Positions 39,303 through 48,858 of a DNA stretch of 64,000 bases are shown piece by piece (the first letter of the stretch is position 1; every line of letters starts with the position of its first letter). The DNA comes from Spirochaetota bacterium (GTDB lineage Bacteria; Spirochaetota; JAAYUW01; JAOAHJ01): assembly GCA_026415295.1 (NCBI GenBank), contig JAOAHJ010000031.1, positions 3,098 through 67,097 on the forward strand. The letters are read 5' to 3'. Below the pieces are notes generated by a model. The model saw only the letters and a list, made by a program, of their open reading frames with translations. It did not search any database and had not been told where the DNA came from. The position numbers and the translations under genes are program-made.

Positions 39303-39322
39303 TTAATAAAGAAATTTAGTTT

Positions 39323-39363
39323 AATTCCTATTAAGTAAAATAAAACTTAATAGGGATTTTTTT
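39323..39363 (+). terminator. intrinsic terminator after the peptidase gene
   Basis: 14-bp stem AATTCCTATTAAGT/ACTTAATAGGGATT (one G.U pair) followed by a T tract. Confidence 0.8.
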
Positions 39364-39646
39364 AATAAATTCTATTGGATCTATGTAAAAAATAAAATTT
39401 GTTGACAAAAAGAAAAAAATTATTTATCTAAAAAAAAGATTTCAATTTTATTTTCTTAAAAATTATTTTTAATTAAAATTTAATATTAAATTTACTTAAT
39501 ATTAAAATAATTTGTTTTTCTATTTTTTATTGTATTAAGATTTTTCTTATAAAGAACTTAATATAAAAAATAAATTTTAATTATTAAAAAAAATCTAAAA
39601 ATAATGCAATAATAAATTGAATAAATTAATTATAATAGGAGGAAAG

Positions 39647-40567
39647 ATGATAAAATTAGTAAATGTGACTAAAGAGTATGGTAAATTTAAAGCTGTTGAT
39701 AAAATAAGTTTTGAAATAAAAAAAGGAGAAATTGTTGGTTTTCTTGGTCCAAATGGAGCTGGTAAGACTACTACTATGAGAGTTATTACTGGATATTTTT
39801 TGCCAACATCTGGTGAAGTTTATATAAGTAATTACAATATAGAAGAAGAGCCAGATGTTGCTAAATCACTAATTGGATATTTACCTGAGAATCCACCTTT
39901 ATATCCCGAAATGCCAGTAAATGATTATTTGAAATTTGTTGGATTAATAAAAGGTTTATCAAAAAATGTTATAAATAATAGAATAGATTATGTAATAGAA
40001 AAGACAGCTTTACAAGAAAAAAGGTTTGAAAAGATAAAAACTTTATCAAAAGGATTAAAACAAAGAGTTGGAATTGCTGCTGCTATAATACATGATCCAG
40101 AGGTTTTAATTCTTGATGAACCTACAATTGGACTTGACCCCTTACAAATAATAGAGATAAGAAATCTTATTAAAGAGATAGGCAAAGAAAAAACTATTTT
40201 ACTTTCATCTCATATATTAGCCGAAGTGCAAGAAGTATGTGATAAAGTTATTATTATTCATAAAGGGAAAATATTAGCTCAAGATTCAAAGGACAATCTC
40301 AAAAAAAAGATAACTTCCGGATTGAGAATATTAATTAAAGTTAAAAATCCTGATGAAAATATAATTCAGATCCTAAAGGGAGTTGTGGGGGTTAAAGAAG
40401 TTATACTGAATGAAAATAAAGAAATATTAGTTTTTACAGAAGATATTGAAAATATTCAAAATGATCTTTCAAAAAAGATCCTTGAAAATGGATATACACT
40501 TCTTGAAATAAAAGAAGAAGAAATGAGCCTTGAGGAGATATTTTCTAAAATTATTAAGGAGGAATAA
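39647..40567 (+). CDS. ABC transporter ATP-binding protein (GldA-like)
   Basis: GPNGAGKTT, LSKGLKQR, LDEPT and SSH motifs; start moved to ATG 39647 behind SD AGGAGG. Confidence 0.9.
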   Translation: MIKLVNVTKEYGKFKAVDKISFEIKKGEIVGFLGPNGAGKTTTMRVITGYFLPTSGEVYISNYNIEEEPDVAKSLIGYLPENPPLYPEMPVNDYLKFVGLIKGLSKNVINNRIDYVIEKTALQEKRFEKIKTLSKGLKQRVGIAAAIIHDPEVLILDEPTIGLDPLQIIEIRNLIKEIGKEKTILLSSHILAEVQEVCDKVIIIHKGKILAQDSKDNLKKKITSGLRILIKVKNPDENIIQILKGVVGVKEVILNENKEILVFTEDIENIQNDLSKKILENGYTLLEIKEEEMSLEEIFSKIIKEE

Positions 40568-40570
40568 AAA

Positions 40571-41284
40571 ATGGGAAAGATATTTCTAATTGCAAATAGA
40601 GAATTTAATTCAGTTTTTAAAAATTCTATAATGGCATATATACTATTAATTTTATATTATATTATAACATCTTTTTTATTTTATACTTTTGTTATTGTTA
40701 CAAACAGAGCTGAGCTTGTTGGTGTTTTTAATAATATATATGTTGTTCTACTATTTTTTATCCCAGCTTTAACTTCCAGATCCTTTATTGATGAAAAGAA
40801 AAATAATACTATGGAATTACTTTTGACTTCACCTGTTACAAAAACAGAAATTTATCTTGGTAAATTTTTCTCTTATATGTTTTTTTATTTAATTATGATT
40901 CTCCCGACTATTATTTATATAATTTTTATTTTTTTATTTGGTAAACCTCAAATAGGTGTTTTAATAAGTTCATTGATAGGTTATTTGCTTGTTGGACTAT
41001 ATTTTATATGTATAGGTTTATTTTTCTCAAGTATTTCTCCAAATCAAGTTATAGCCACAATATTGGGCATTATATTTTTACTTATGCTTTTGCTTTTAAC
41101 ATGGATTGAAAATGCACAGGTTTCTTTCAAACTTAAAGAGATTATTAAAGATATATCTTATATTTCCCATCTTGATTCTTTTAATAAAGGGTTACTTGAT
41201 TTTAAAGATATATTATATTTTTTATTATATTCATTCTTTTTTTCTTTTTTAACAATAAGTACAATTGATATCAAGAATAGTTAA
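40571..41284 (+). CDS. ABC-2 permease (GldF-like)
   Basis: REFNSVF, SRSFIDEKKNNTMELLLTSP and GLLDFKDILYF motifs. Confidence 0.88.
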   Translation: MGKIFLIANREFNSVFKNSIMAYILLILYYIITSFLFYTFVIVTNRAELVGVFNNIYVVLLFFIPALTSRSFIDEKKNNTMELLLTSPVTKTEIYLGKFFSYMFFYLIMILPTIIYIIFIFLFGKPQIGVLISSLIGYLLVGLYFICIGLFFSSISPNQVIATILGIIFLLMLLLLTWIENAQVSFKLKEIIKDISYISHLDSFNKGLLDFKDILYFLLYSFFFSFLTISTIDIKNS

Positions 41285-41305
41285 ATCTAAATGAGGAGAC
41301 TGAAA

Positions 41306-43096
41306 ATGAAGAAACTTATAGATTTTTTTAAAAAAAACCTTGTATTTAATGAATTATTATTTTATATTTCAGTTGTTTTAATGATATTATTTTCTATATT
41401 TAAATTAATTTTTAAAAATAATCTTTTTTATATAGGAAGTGCATTTGGATTAATTGGATTAATATTCTATTTCATAGTTAATCCTGAAATTTTTATTGAA
41501 TTATTTTCATCTAAAGAAAGTAAAAAAAATTTTTATACAGTTGTTAAAAGTATTTTAATACTAATATTAATTATTTCATTTTTTTCAGTATTTGGAGATA
41601 AATTACCGAAAATAGATTTAACATCTACCAAAATATATTCTCTTTCACCTTTAACTAAAGAGGTCCTTAAAAAATTAGATTCAGAATTAACTATATACTA
41701 TTTTATAACGGGTTCAGAAAGTAGTTCTGCTCTTATAGAATCTATTGAAAAATTGATTAATGCATATGAGAAAAGATCAAAATATATAAAATTAAAAAAG
41801 ATTGATATTAGAAGAGATCCTATTATTGCTCAAAAATTCTCAATCTCTTCTGCTAATTCTATAGTTTTAGTATATAAAAACAGAAAAAAAGAGATAAATC
41901 CTTGGGATCTATATGAAATGCAATATGATCAACAAGAATCTAGTCAGATGTTTATAGGCGAAAAAATATTAACCTCCAGTATTAAATTTTTAATGAATGA
42001 AAAACCAAAAAAAATATATTTTGTTATTGGGCATGAAGAATATTATAGAAATGATTATAATCAAAATGGAATATCTAAATTCAAAGAAATGTTAGAAAAT
42101 TTAGGACATGTTACTGAAGATATAACTTTAATTGAAAAAGGTAAAATCCCTGAAGATTGTGACCTTCTTGTTATAGCAGCACCTAAAAAAAATTATACTG
42201 AAACAGAAATAAAAATAATAGATGAGTTTATAAATAGAGGGGGAAAATTTTTTCTTTTTGATAGATATTACTCTGAAGGAAATATTTCAAACATTGTATA
42301 TCATATTTATAATAAATTTAAAGTTGAAAGATTAAAAGGAGTTCTTATTGATAAAGATAAATTTTACAATGAATTTAAAGAAATTGCTCCTGTAATAAGA
42401 TTGAATTATCATAAGACTACCGAAAATGTCCAAGCTCTAAATTTACCTGTGTTATCACTATTTAGTATTCCATTAAAGGTTGATTTTACAAAGGATTATA
42501 ATGATTTTAAAATTTATTCTATTGCAGATACTTATGAAACAACTTTTAATGCTATATGGGATGAAAAAAAGAAAGATATTAGTGTCGATGATTTAAAGTT
42601 TGAAAATAAATCTGGTCAATATAAGGGGTCTAGACCAATAGTATTAATTATTGAAAAGAAAAATGTTCCTCAGTCAAGTGAAACTACAAATACTAATGAT
42701 GAAAATAATAAAAATAATAATGTTAATCAAGCAAATAAAAGTTCGCCAAATAAAAGTACTGAAAATAATCAAAAATCTACGAATGAAAATAACTTCGTAC
42801 CTCAGGGAGTTATATTTTCTTCTGTTTTAATAGAAAACTGGCTTGCTGAATTACCTATCGGTAACTTCAATCTTGTAGAAAATCTTGTTAATTTTACTGT
42901 TGGTGATATAGAATTAGTAGACATAGGTGGTAAATTAATTAAAGATCCAAAGATAGTGATGAATAATAATCAAAGGAATATATTTACATTTTTTATTTTA
43001 ATATTTGTTCCAATTATTTTGCCACTACTTTATGTACTTTTTATAATTGTAATTCCAAAGCTTAGAATTAAATATTTTTCTCAAAAAAAAGAATAA
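41306..43096 (+). CDS. GldG-family ABC auxiliary protein (DUF7088/IFT52-like)
   Basis: IDLTSTKIYSLSPLTKEVL, YFVIGHEE, LVIAAPKK and GGK motifs; C-terminal TM; ATG 41306 has SD AGGAGA. Confidence 0.85.
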   Translation: MKKLIDFFKKNLVFNELLFYISVVLMILFSIFKLIFKNNLFYIGSAFGLIGLIFYFIVNPEIFIELFSSKESKKNFYTVVKSILILILIISFFSVFGDKLPKIDLTSTKIYSLSPLTKEVLKKLDSELTIYYFITGSESSSALIESIEKLINAYEKRSKYIKLKKIDIRRDPIIAQKFSISSANSIVLVYKNRKKEINPWDLYEMQYDQQESSQMFIGEKILTSSIKFLMNEKPKKIYFVIGHEEYYRNDYNQNGISKFKEMLENLGHVTEDITLIEKGKIPEDCDLLVIAAPKKNYTETEIKIIDEFINRGGKFFLFDRYYSEGNISNIVYHIYNKFKVERLKGVLIDKDKFYNEFKEIAPVIRLNYHKTTENVQALNLPVLSLFSIPLKVDFTKDYNDFKIYSIADTYETTFNAIWDEKKKDISVDDLKFENKSGQYKGSRPIVLIIEKKNVPQSSETTNTNDENNKNNNVNQANKSSPNKSTENNQKSTNENNFVPQGVIFSSVLIENWLAELPIGNFNLVENLVNFTVGDIELVDIGGKLIKDPKIVMNNNQRNIFTFFILIFVPIILPLLYVLFIIVIPKLRIKYFSQKKE

Positions 43097-43193
43097 AATA
43101 AAAAGCTTTCAAGATTGAAATGGTTTATTTTTAGTTATTTACGAGAATTTATTATAGTTTTGTTTACATTTATCAATTTTAGATGGAGGATTT

Positions 43194-44267
43194 ATGCTTA
43201 AATTTCTTTCAAAATTAAAAAGAGAAGAAAGAAATTTAGTTTATACATTAATTGTTTTTGCTATATTATTATCTATTTTTTTTATTTATAATTTTATTAC
43301 GGATTTAATAAATAAAAATAAGTCGAAAAAAGAGGAAAATGTTTCTAAAAATTTAATAATCCAAAATTTTGATAAAAATAAAATTTTCAAGATTGAAATA
43401 GAATATTTTGATGAAATTTCAAAAGAAGTTAATAATAAAGGAAAGAAGGAAAATATAACTGAAAAGAAAAAAGTCAACTTATTGTTAGTAAAAAATAATG
43501 GAAACTGGAGTTATTTAAGTCACAAAGATTTAGAAATTTCTCAATCTTCAGTAGATCTTTTTCTTGATTATTTTAAATCTCTTGAATATTCGGATTTAAT
43601 AGAACAATATAACGATGAACTTTTAGAGACTTGTGGTTTAAAAGATTATAAATTTAAAATAAAAATATATGAAACAGAAAATAAATATTTCGAACTTTTA
43701 CTTGGTAAAGAAACTGTTGATAAATATGGTTATTATATAATGTATAATGGTAAGATTTTTGTAATAGATTCATTTTCTTATGGTGGTATAGCAAAGAAAG
43801 TTTCTGATTTTAGACAGAATAAGATATTCGCAAAATTACCTATTTCAGAGTTAGGGTCATATTTTTTTGGGAATTACATTGATAATATTCAAAATAAATT
43901 TTATTTATTAAATAATAGTTGGGTATGGAATTCTAACTACCAAAGAGAATATTATTTTAACTTACAAAATCCTGCAATTGATGAACTAAATAGAGTTTTA
44001 TTAGAATTTGAAGTAACTGAATTTGATTTAAAATATAAAGATATTAATAAGCCTGAATATGTTATAGAAATAAGGAAGATAAATGGAGATTTGGTTTTAA
44101 AATTAATACTTGTTGAACCGGATGATGAAGTATCCCCAGAGGAAAAATTATTTACAATATATGATACAATAAATAAAAAAGCTTATAAAGCTTATATTAA
44201 AAATCTTTATAGTTATTTTACTAAAAATCCTAATATATTTTCCAAAATAAGAGAAGAGAAGAAATAA
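43194..44267 (+). CDS. DUF4340-like exported protein
   Basis: N-terminal TM; L..CGL....I......LLLGKET....YY pattern; usual last gene of Gld-like clusters. Confidence 0.7.
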   Translation: MLKFLSKLKREERNLVYTLIVFAILLSIFFIYNFITDLINKNKSKKEENVSKNLIIQNFDKNKIFKIEIEYFDEISKEVNNKGKKENITEKKKVNLLLVKNNGNWSYLSHKDLEISQSSVDLFLDYFKSLEYSDLIEQYNDELLETCGLKDYKFKIKIYETENKYFELLLGKETVDKYGYYIMYNGKIFVIDSFSYGGIAKKVSDFRQNKIFAKLPISELGSYFFGNYIDNIQNKFYLLNNSWVWNSNYQREYYFNLQNPAIDELNRVLLEFEVTEFDLKYKDINKPEYVIEIRKINGDLVLKLILVEPDDEVSPEEKLFTIYDTINKKAYKAYIKNLYSYFTKNPNIFSKIREEKK

Positions 44268-44286
44268 AAATTATTAAACTTATAGA

Positions 44287-44314
44287 TTGACTAAAAATAT
44301 TAATTTGTTAAATT
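44287..44314 (+). promoter_or_regulatory. sigma70 promoter TTGACT-16-(TGn)TAAATT for rpsT
   Basis: Hexamers and TG read directly. Confidence 0.6.
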
Positions 44315-44348
44315 CCAAAAAAAATAAAAATTAAAAAAGGAGATAAAA

Positions 44349-44615
44349 GTGCCTAACAAAAAGTTTGCTGAAAAGAGAGATAGACAAAGCAAAAAAAGAA
44401 GACTAAGGAATAGGATGCTTAAAAAACTTATAAAAACTCAATTTAAAAAAATTTTAAATTTAGTTAAAGAAGGTAAAAAGAGTGATGCAATTCAAGCATA
44501 CAATTTTTATCAAAAAATTTGTGATAAAGCAGTTAAAAATAATGTTTTGCATAAAAATGGTGCTGCTAGAAGGAAAAGCAGAGCTGCAAGAATATTAAAA
44601 AGTATTGAAAAATAG
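44349..44615 (+). CDS. rpsT: 30S ribosomal protein S20
   Basis: MPNKKFAEKRDRQ...DKAV...LHKNGAARRKSR; GTG start. Confidence 0.95.
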   Translation: MPNKKFAEKRDRQSKKRRLRNRMLKKLIKTQFKKILNLVKEGKKSDAIQAYNFYQKICDKAVKNNVLHKNGAARRKSRAARILKSIEK

Positions 44616-44651
44616 ATAGTGTAAAATTTTATTTTTTAAATAGTAAAAATC

Positions 44652-44933
44652 ATGGTTAAAATAATAAAAAAGGATTTAATAGAGGAGGTTTTTGCCAGAA
44701 CAAATAATGTTAATAAAATAGTAGTTAAAGATATTATTGATAAATTATTTAATGTTATTGTTGAAAAATTAAATAATGAAGATGAACTTAATATTGAAAT
44801 AAGAGGCTTTGCTATTATCAAAAAAAGAAAAGTAAAGAGTAGGAAAGTTTATAATTTTAAAGAAAAGAAAATTATTAAATCTAAAAGAAATTATAAGATT
44901 AGTATTAAGCCAGCGAAAGAAATAAAATTATAG
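44652..44933 (+). CDS. divergent HU/IHF (Hbb-like) DNA-binding protein
   Basis: KKDLIEEV...IEIRGF...SIKPAK fold pattern; adjacent to rpsT as in Borrelia. Confidence 0.8.
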   Translation: MVKIIKKDLIEEVFARTNNVNKIVVKDIIDKLFNVIVEKLNNEDELNIEIRGFAIIKKRKVKSRKVYNFKEKKIIKSKRNYKISIKPAKEIKL

Positions 44934-44961
44934 TTTTTAATTTAAAGATTAAGGTAAATTT

Positions 44962-45690
44962 ATGTATAAGATTGTTATAGTTGATGACAATTGGGAAACA
45001 TGCGAACTATTTAAGGTAATGTTAGAAAATTTAGAGATATTTAAAGTTGTAGCTTTTGAGAGTGGAGAATCTTTTTTAGAATTTATTAAAGATGGGGAAA
45101 ATTTTGATGTAGCAATAATAGATCTTGATTTGCCAGATGTACATGGTTTTGATTTAATTAAAAATTTGAGGGAAAATTTTAGCATTACATTACCAATTAT
45201 TGTAATAACTGGTTTTGGCGATTCGAATCATAAATTTAAAGCTTTAAGTCTTGGAGCTGATGATTATATTGTAAAACCTATCAATATGTTTGAAGTTGTT
45301 TTAAAAATAAGTAATTTTGTTAAAAAGAAAATATTTATAGAAGAAATCTTAAATAGAGAAGAGATTATTAGAGAAAAAGCAACTATGCTTAATATGTTTG
45401 TAGAATTTATCAAAAATCAGCTTTATCAACCTATGGAGGAGTTTCTAATAAAAATTAAAGAAATAAAAGATAATAAAAATTTAGAAAAAAAGTTTGAAGA
45501 AAGTTTTAATTTTTTAAATCAACTTGATAATAAATTGATAGAAACTATGAAGAAAATAGAGGGAGTTTTAAATATTTATAATGATAAAAAGAATGAAATA
45601 GAAACTAGAAAGAAAAAGTTGCAAAGCCTTGCAGAAATAGAAGAGGTAATAGATTTAAATATTAAAAACAATATTTTTAGGAAAAATTAA
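44962..45690 (+). CDS. response regulator (REC plus C-terminal coiled coil)
   Basis: VDDN, IIDLDLPD (phospho-Asp), ITG and YIVKP motifs; no DNA-binding domain recognised. Confidence 0.85.
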   Translation: MYKIVIVDDNWETCELFKVMLENLEIFKVVAFESGESFLEFIKDGENFDVAIIDLDLPDVHGFDLIKNLRENFSITLPIIVITGFGDSNHKFKALSLGADDYIVKPINMFEVVLKISNFVKKKIFIEEILNREEIIREKATMLNMFVEFIKNQLYQPMEEFLIKIKEIKDNKNLEKKFEESFNFLNQLDNKLIETMKKIEGVLNIYNDKKNEIETRKKKLQSLAEIEEVIDLNIKNNIFRKN

Positions 45691-45764
45691 ATAATTTTAA
45701 TAATTTATATTGAATTTTTTTTATAAAAATTAAAATAATTTTACAAAAAATATAGAGGTAAAAA

Positions 45765-45983
45765 ATGGATGAAAAAAAGAAAAAAATGATAGAAATATAT
45801 AATATAGCAATAGATAAATATTTTAACAGAGAGTTTGAAGAAGCAGCTAAATTATTTAAAAATGTTTTAGAAATTGAACCAGATGACTATGTATCTGAAA
45901 TTCATTTAGCAAGATGCTTAGAATATATTAAAAACCCTCCTGGAGATGATTGGGATGGAGTTTTTAAGTTAACTTCTAAATAA
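45765..45983 (+). CDS. small TPR-like protein
   Basis: YFNREFEEAAKLFKNVLEIEPDD...RC..Y...PP.DDWDGVF.LTSK; SD GAGG. Confidence 0.8.
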   Translation: MDEKKKKMIEIYNIAIDKYFNREFEEAAKLFKNVLEIEPDDYVSEIHLARCLEYIKNPPGDDWDGVFKLTSK

Positions 45984-46026
45984 ACTATTATAATGTAATT
46001 ATTAATATATTTTTTAGGAGAATATA

Positions 46027-46383
46027 ATGAATAAAAAAACTATTGAAACAATGAATGGTTTTGATAAGATTAAAACTATTTTAGGTGAAGAAACTAACCT
46101 CGAAGGAGATTTAAAATATAAAGATTCTCTTATGATAAAGGGTAGATTTAAAGGCACAATAAAAACAGATGGATATCTTATTTTAGATGCTAATTCTAAT
46201 GTTGAAGCAGATATAACTGCGAAGTATGTAAGAATTGCCGGAACACTTAAAGGAAATATTTTAGACTCCTTTAAGATCGAGATGGTTGGTCAGGCAAAAG
46301 TAGCTGGTAATATTAAAACAGAAGTATTAAAAATTGATGATGGCGTTATCTTTGAAGGTAAATGTGAAATGAAAACTAAATAA
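46027..46383 (+). CDS. bactofilin (polymer-forming cytoskeletal protein)
   Basis: TILGEETNLEGDL...IKGRFKGTI...IAGTLKGNI...GNI.T..L.IDDGVIFEGKC. Confidence 0.92.
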   Translation: MNKKTIETMNGFDKIKTILGEETNLEGDLKYKDSLMIKGRFKGTIKTDGYLILDANSNVEADITAKYVRIAGTLKGNILDSFKIEMVGQAKVAGNIKTEVLKIDDGVIFEGKCEMKTK

Positions 46384-46390
46384 AAAAATA

Positions 46391-46418
46391 TTGACTTTTT
46401 AAAAATTAATGATAAATA
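46391..46418 (+). promoter_or_regulatory. sigma70 promoter TTGACT-16-(TGn)TAAATA for tRNA-Thr/rpmG
   Basis: Hexamers and TG read directly, 31 nt before the tRNA. Confidence 0.55.
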
Positions 46419-46449
46419 AGATTCACCTTCCTTATTAATTTTAATTATT

Positions 46450-46522
<73 letters not shown>

Positions 46523-46614
46523 TATGTTGTTTAGAATTTAATTTATTATTAAATTAATGATATTGTTAATTTTTATAATAAAATGATTAAATTTTAAGCT
46601 ATAAAGAGGTAAAA

Positions 46615-46770
46615 ATGAGAGAAATAATTTCTTTACAATGTGGAGAATGTAAAAATAAAAATTATACTACTGAAAAAAACAAGAAAAATACACCTGATAA
46701 AATAGAGTTAAAAAAATACTGTAAATTTTGTAGAAAACATACTTTACATAAAGAAACAAAAGTTAAGTAA
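46615..46770 (+). CDS. rpmG: 50S ribosomal protein L33 (Zn-binding form; not in ORF track)
   Basis: [51 protein letters not shown]; SD GAGG. Confidence 0.97.
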   Translation: MREIISLQCGECKNKNYTTEKNKKNTPDKIELKKYCKFCRKHTLHKETKVK

Positions 46771-46803
46771 ATAAATTTATATAATATATGTGGGATATTA
46801 TTT

Positions 46804-46877
46804 AGGCCAGTAGCTCCAATTGGTAGAGCGTCGGTCTCCAAAACCGAATGTTGGGGGTTCGAATCCCTCCTGGCCTG
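46804..46877 (+). tRNA. tRNA-Trp(CCA)
   Basis: AGGCCAG...CTGGCCT-G acceptor stem; anticodon loop CTCCAAA; GGTTCGAATCC; no encoded CCA. Confidence 0.97.
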
Positions 46878-46927
46878 ATTATATTATTTTTTTATATAAT
46901 CAAACATTTAATTGTTAAGGATTTATT

Positions 46928-47128
46928 ATGAAAAAGATAAAAGATTGGAAAGTAGTTGTTTTTATAAAGCAATGTATTGAGGAGTTAAAAAAGGTTAATT
47001 GGCCAACTTCTGAAGAAGTTCAAGAAATGACTTATGTTGTAATAATTTTTATTTTAATTTTTGCTATTCTTTTAAGTTTTGCAGATGTTGTTTCCGTAAA
47101 ATTGGTTGATTGGGTATTTGGATTATGA
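46928..47128 (+). CDS. secE: preprotein translocase subunit SecE
   Basis: ELKKVNWPT followed by one TM; lies between tRNA-Trp and nusG. Confidence 0.95.
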   Translation: MKKIKDWKVVVFIKQCIEELKKVNWPTSEEVQEMTYVVIIFILIFAILLSFADVVSVKLVDWVFGL

Positions 47129-47694
47129 AAAACTATTATGTTTTGAAAGTTACTACTGGTATGGAATATGAAGTTGCTGATAATTTGAAGAAATTAGTTA
47201 AATTGAATAAAGTGGAAGATTTTGTTACTGATATAATTGTTCCAGAAGAAACAGTTTTAAAAATGCAAAGAGGTAAAAAAAAAGAAGTTAAAAGAAAATG
47301 CTATCCAGGATATGTGATAGTTGAGATGGATTTGAGTGACGAACCTGCAGATGAAAACTATTGGAAAAAGATAGTTAAGATTGTATTGAGTGTACCAAAT
47401 GCTGTTAGTTTTGTTGGGGTTAAAAGGGTTGATAAACCTATACCAATGAAAAAAGCTGATGTTGAAACATTTCTTTTTAATATAGGTGAAAAAAAAGAAG
47501 TGAAGAAAAATGTCTCAATTGTAGATTTTGAGGTAAATGAAAATATATTGATTATAGATGGTGCATTTAAAAACTTTGAAGGATTGATAAAATCCATAGA
47601 TGTCGAGAAAGAAAAAGTTATTGTAGAGATTGACATCTTTGGAAGAAAAACACCAGTTGAGCTGTTGTTTTCACAAATTGAAAAAAAATCTTAA
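47125..47694 (+). CDS. nusG: transcription factor NusG
   Basis: YPGYVIVEM, KOW motif GAFKNFEG and IFGRKTPVEL; ATG 47125 overlaps the secE stop (ATGA). Confidence 0.96.
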   Translation: MKNYYVLKVTTGMEYEVADNLKKLVKLNKVEDFVTDIIVPEETVLKMQRGKKKEVKRKCYPGYVIVEMDLSDEPADENYWKKIVKIVLSVPNAVSFVGVKRVDKPIPMKKADVETFLFNIGEKKEVKKNVSIVDFEVNENILIIDGAFKNFEGLIKSIDVEKEKVIVEIDIFGRKTPVELLFSQIEKKS

Positions 47695-47704
47695 GGAATG
47701 AAAG

Positions 47705-48130
47705 ATGGCAAAAGAAATTAAGCAGATTGTAAAATTGCAGTTGATAGGTGGTTCAGCTACACCAGCTCCACCAGTTGGTCCTGCATTGGGTCAAGCTGGA
47801 GTTAATATTCAGCAGTTTTGCCAAGCTTTTAATGCTAAAACTGCTAATAGAAAAGGTGAAGTAATTCCTTGTATTATAACAGTTTACAAAGATAAGACTT
47901 TTGATTTTATTTTAAAAACACCTCCAGCTACCTATCTTATAAAACAAGTTTTAAAGATTGAATCAGGCTCTGGAGAACCTAATAAGAAAAAGGTAGGTAA
48001 AATTACAAAAGATAAACTAAGAGAAATAGCTGAAAAAAAGATGCCTGACTTAAATGCTAACGACATAGAAGCTGCTATTAAAATTATTGCAGGTTCATGT
48101 AAATCTATGGGTGTTGAAGTTGTTGAATAA
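47705..48130 (+). CDS. rplK: 50S ribosomal protein L11
   Basis: [13 protein letters not shown] and KMPDLNA motifs. Confidence 0.98.
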   Translation: MAKEIKQIVKLQLIGGSATPAPPVGPALGQAGVNIQQFCQAFNAKTANRKGEVIPCIITVYKDKTFDFILKTPPATYLIKQVLKIESGSGEPNKKKVGKITKDKLREIAEKKMPDLNANDIEAAIKIIAGSCKSMGVEVVE

Positions 48131-48163
48131 ATTTATTTAATCTTAATTTCAAAGGAGATAATT

Positions 48164-48844
48164 GTGAAAAGAGGCAAAAAGTACAAAATTGCATTAAAGC
48201 AAATAAATAAAATTGAATTATATGAACCAAAAAAAGCTATAGAAACTATAAAAAAAGCAGCTTTTACAAAGTTTGATGAAACAATAGATGTTGTTTTTGT
48301 GTTGAATTTGGATAAAAAACATACTATTAGGGGCACTCATGTATATGATTATCCTTTTGGAAAACAGAAAAAAATTTTGGTTTTTGCTGAAGGTGATTTA
48401 GCTAATGAAGCAAGAATTGCAGGTGCTGATTATGTAGGTTCACAGGATTTGATAGATAAAATAGCTTCAGGATGGATAGATTTTGATGTTTGTATAGCAA
48501 CCCCAGATATGATGAAAAATATTTCAAAGGTTGCAAAAATATTGGGCCCAAAAGGATTAATGCCAAACCCAAAGCTCGGGACAGTTACAACTGAAATTAA
48601 AAAAGCAGTAGAAGAAGTAAAAAAAGGAAAGATTGAGTATAGGGCAGATAAAGCTGGAAATGTTCATGTAAGTATAGGTAAAAAATCAATGGATGATGAG
48701 AAATTGCTTTCCAATTTCAATTCTATATATAAAGAAATACTTAAAAAAAGACCATCTGATTTAAAAGGGGATTATATAAAAAAGGTATTTATTTCCAGTA
48801 CAATGAGTCCATCCATAAAGATTGATTTTTCTCAAATTAAATAA
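48164..48844 (+). CDS. rplA: 50S ribosomal protein L1
   Basis: KFDETID, LGPKGLMPNPK and STMSP motifs; GTG start. Confidence 0.97.
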   Translation: MKRGKKYKIALKQINKIELYEPKKAIETIKKAAFTKFDETIDVVFVLNLDKKHTIRGTHVYDYPFGKQKKILVFAEGDLANEARIAGADYVGSQDLIDKIASGWIDFDVCIATPDMMKNISKVAKILGPKGLMPNPKLGTVTTEIKKAVEEVKKGKIEYRADKAGNVHVSIGKKSMDDEKLLSNFNSIYKEILKKRPSDLKGDYIKKVFISSTMSPSIKIDFSQIK

Positions 48845-48858
48845 TCTGAGGGAATAAT

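Noticed and set aside
46804-46877. Possible stop-codon reassignment in a low-GC genome
   Set aside because: tRNA-Trp has a CCA anticodon, conserved genes are full length without internal stops, and TGA is used as a true stop (plsY, secE, hutI)
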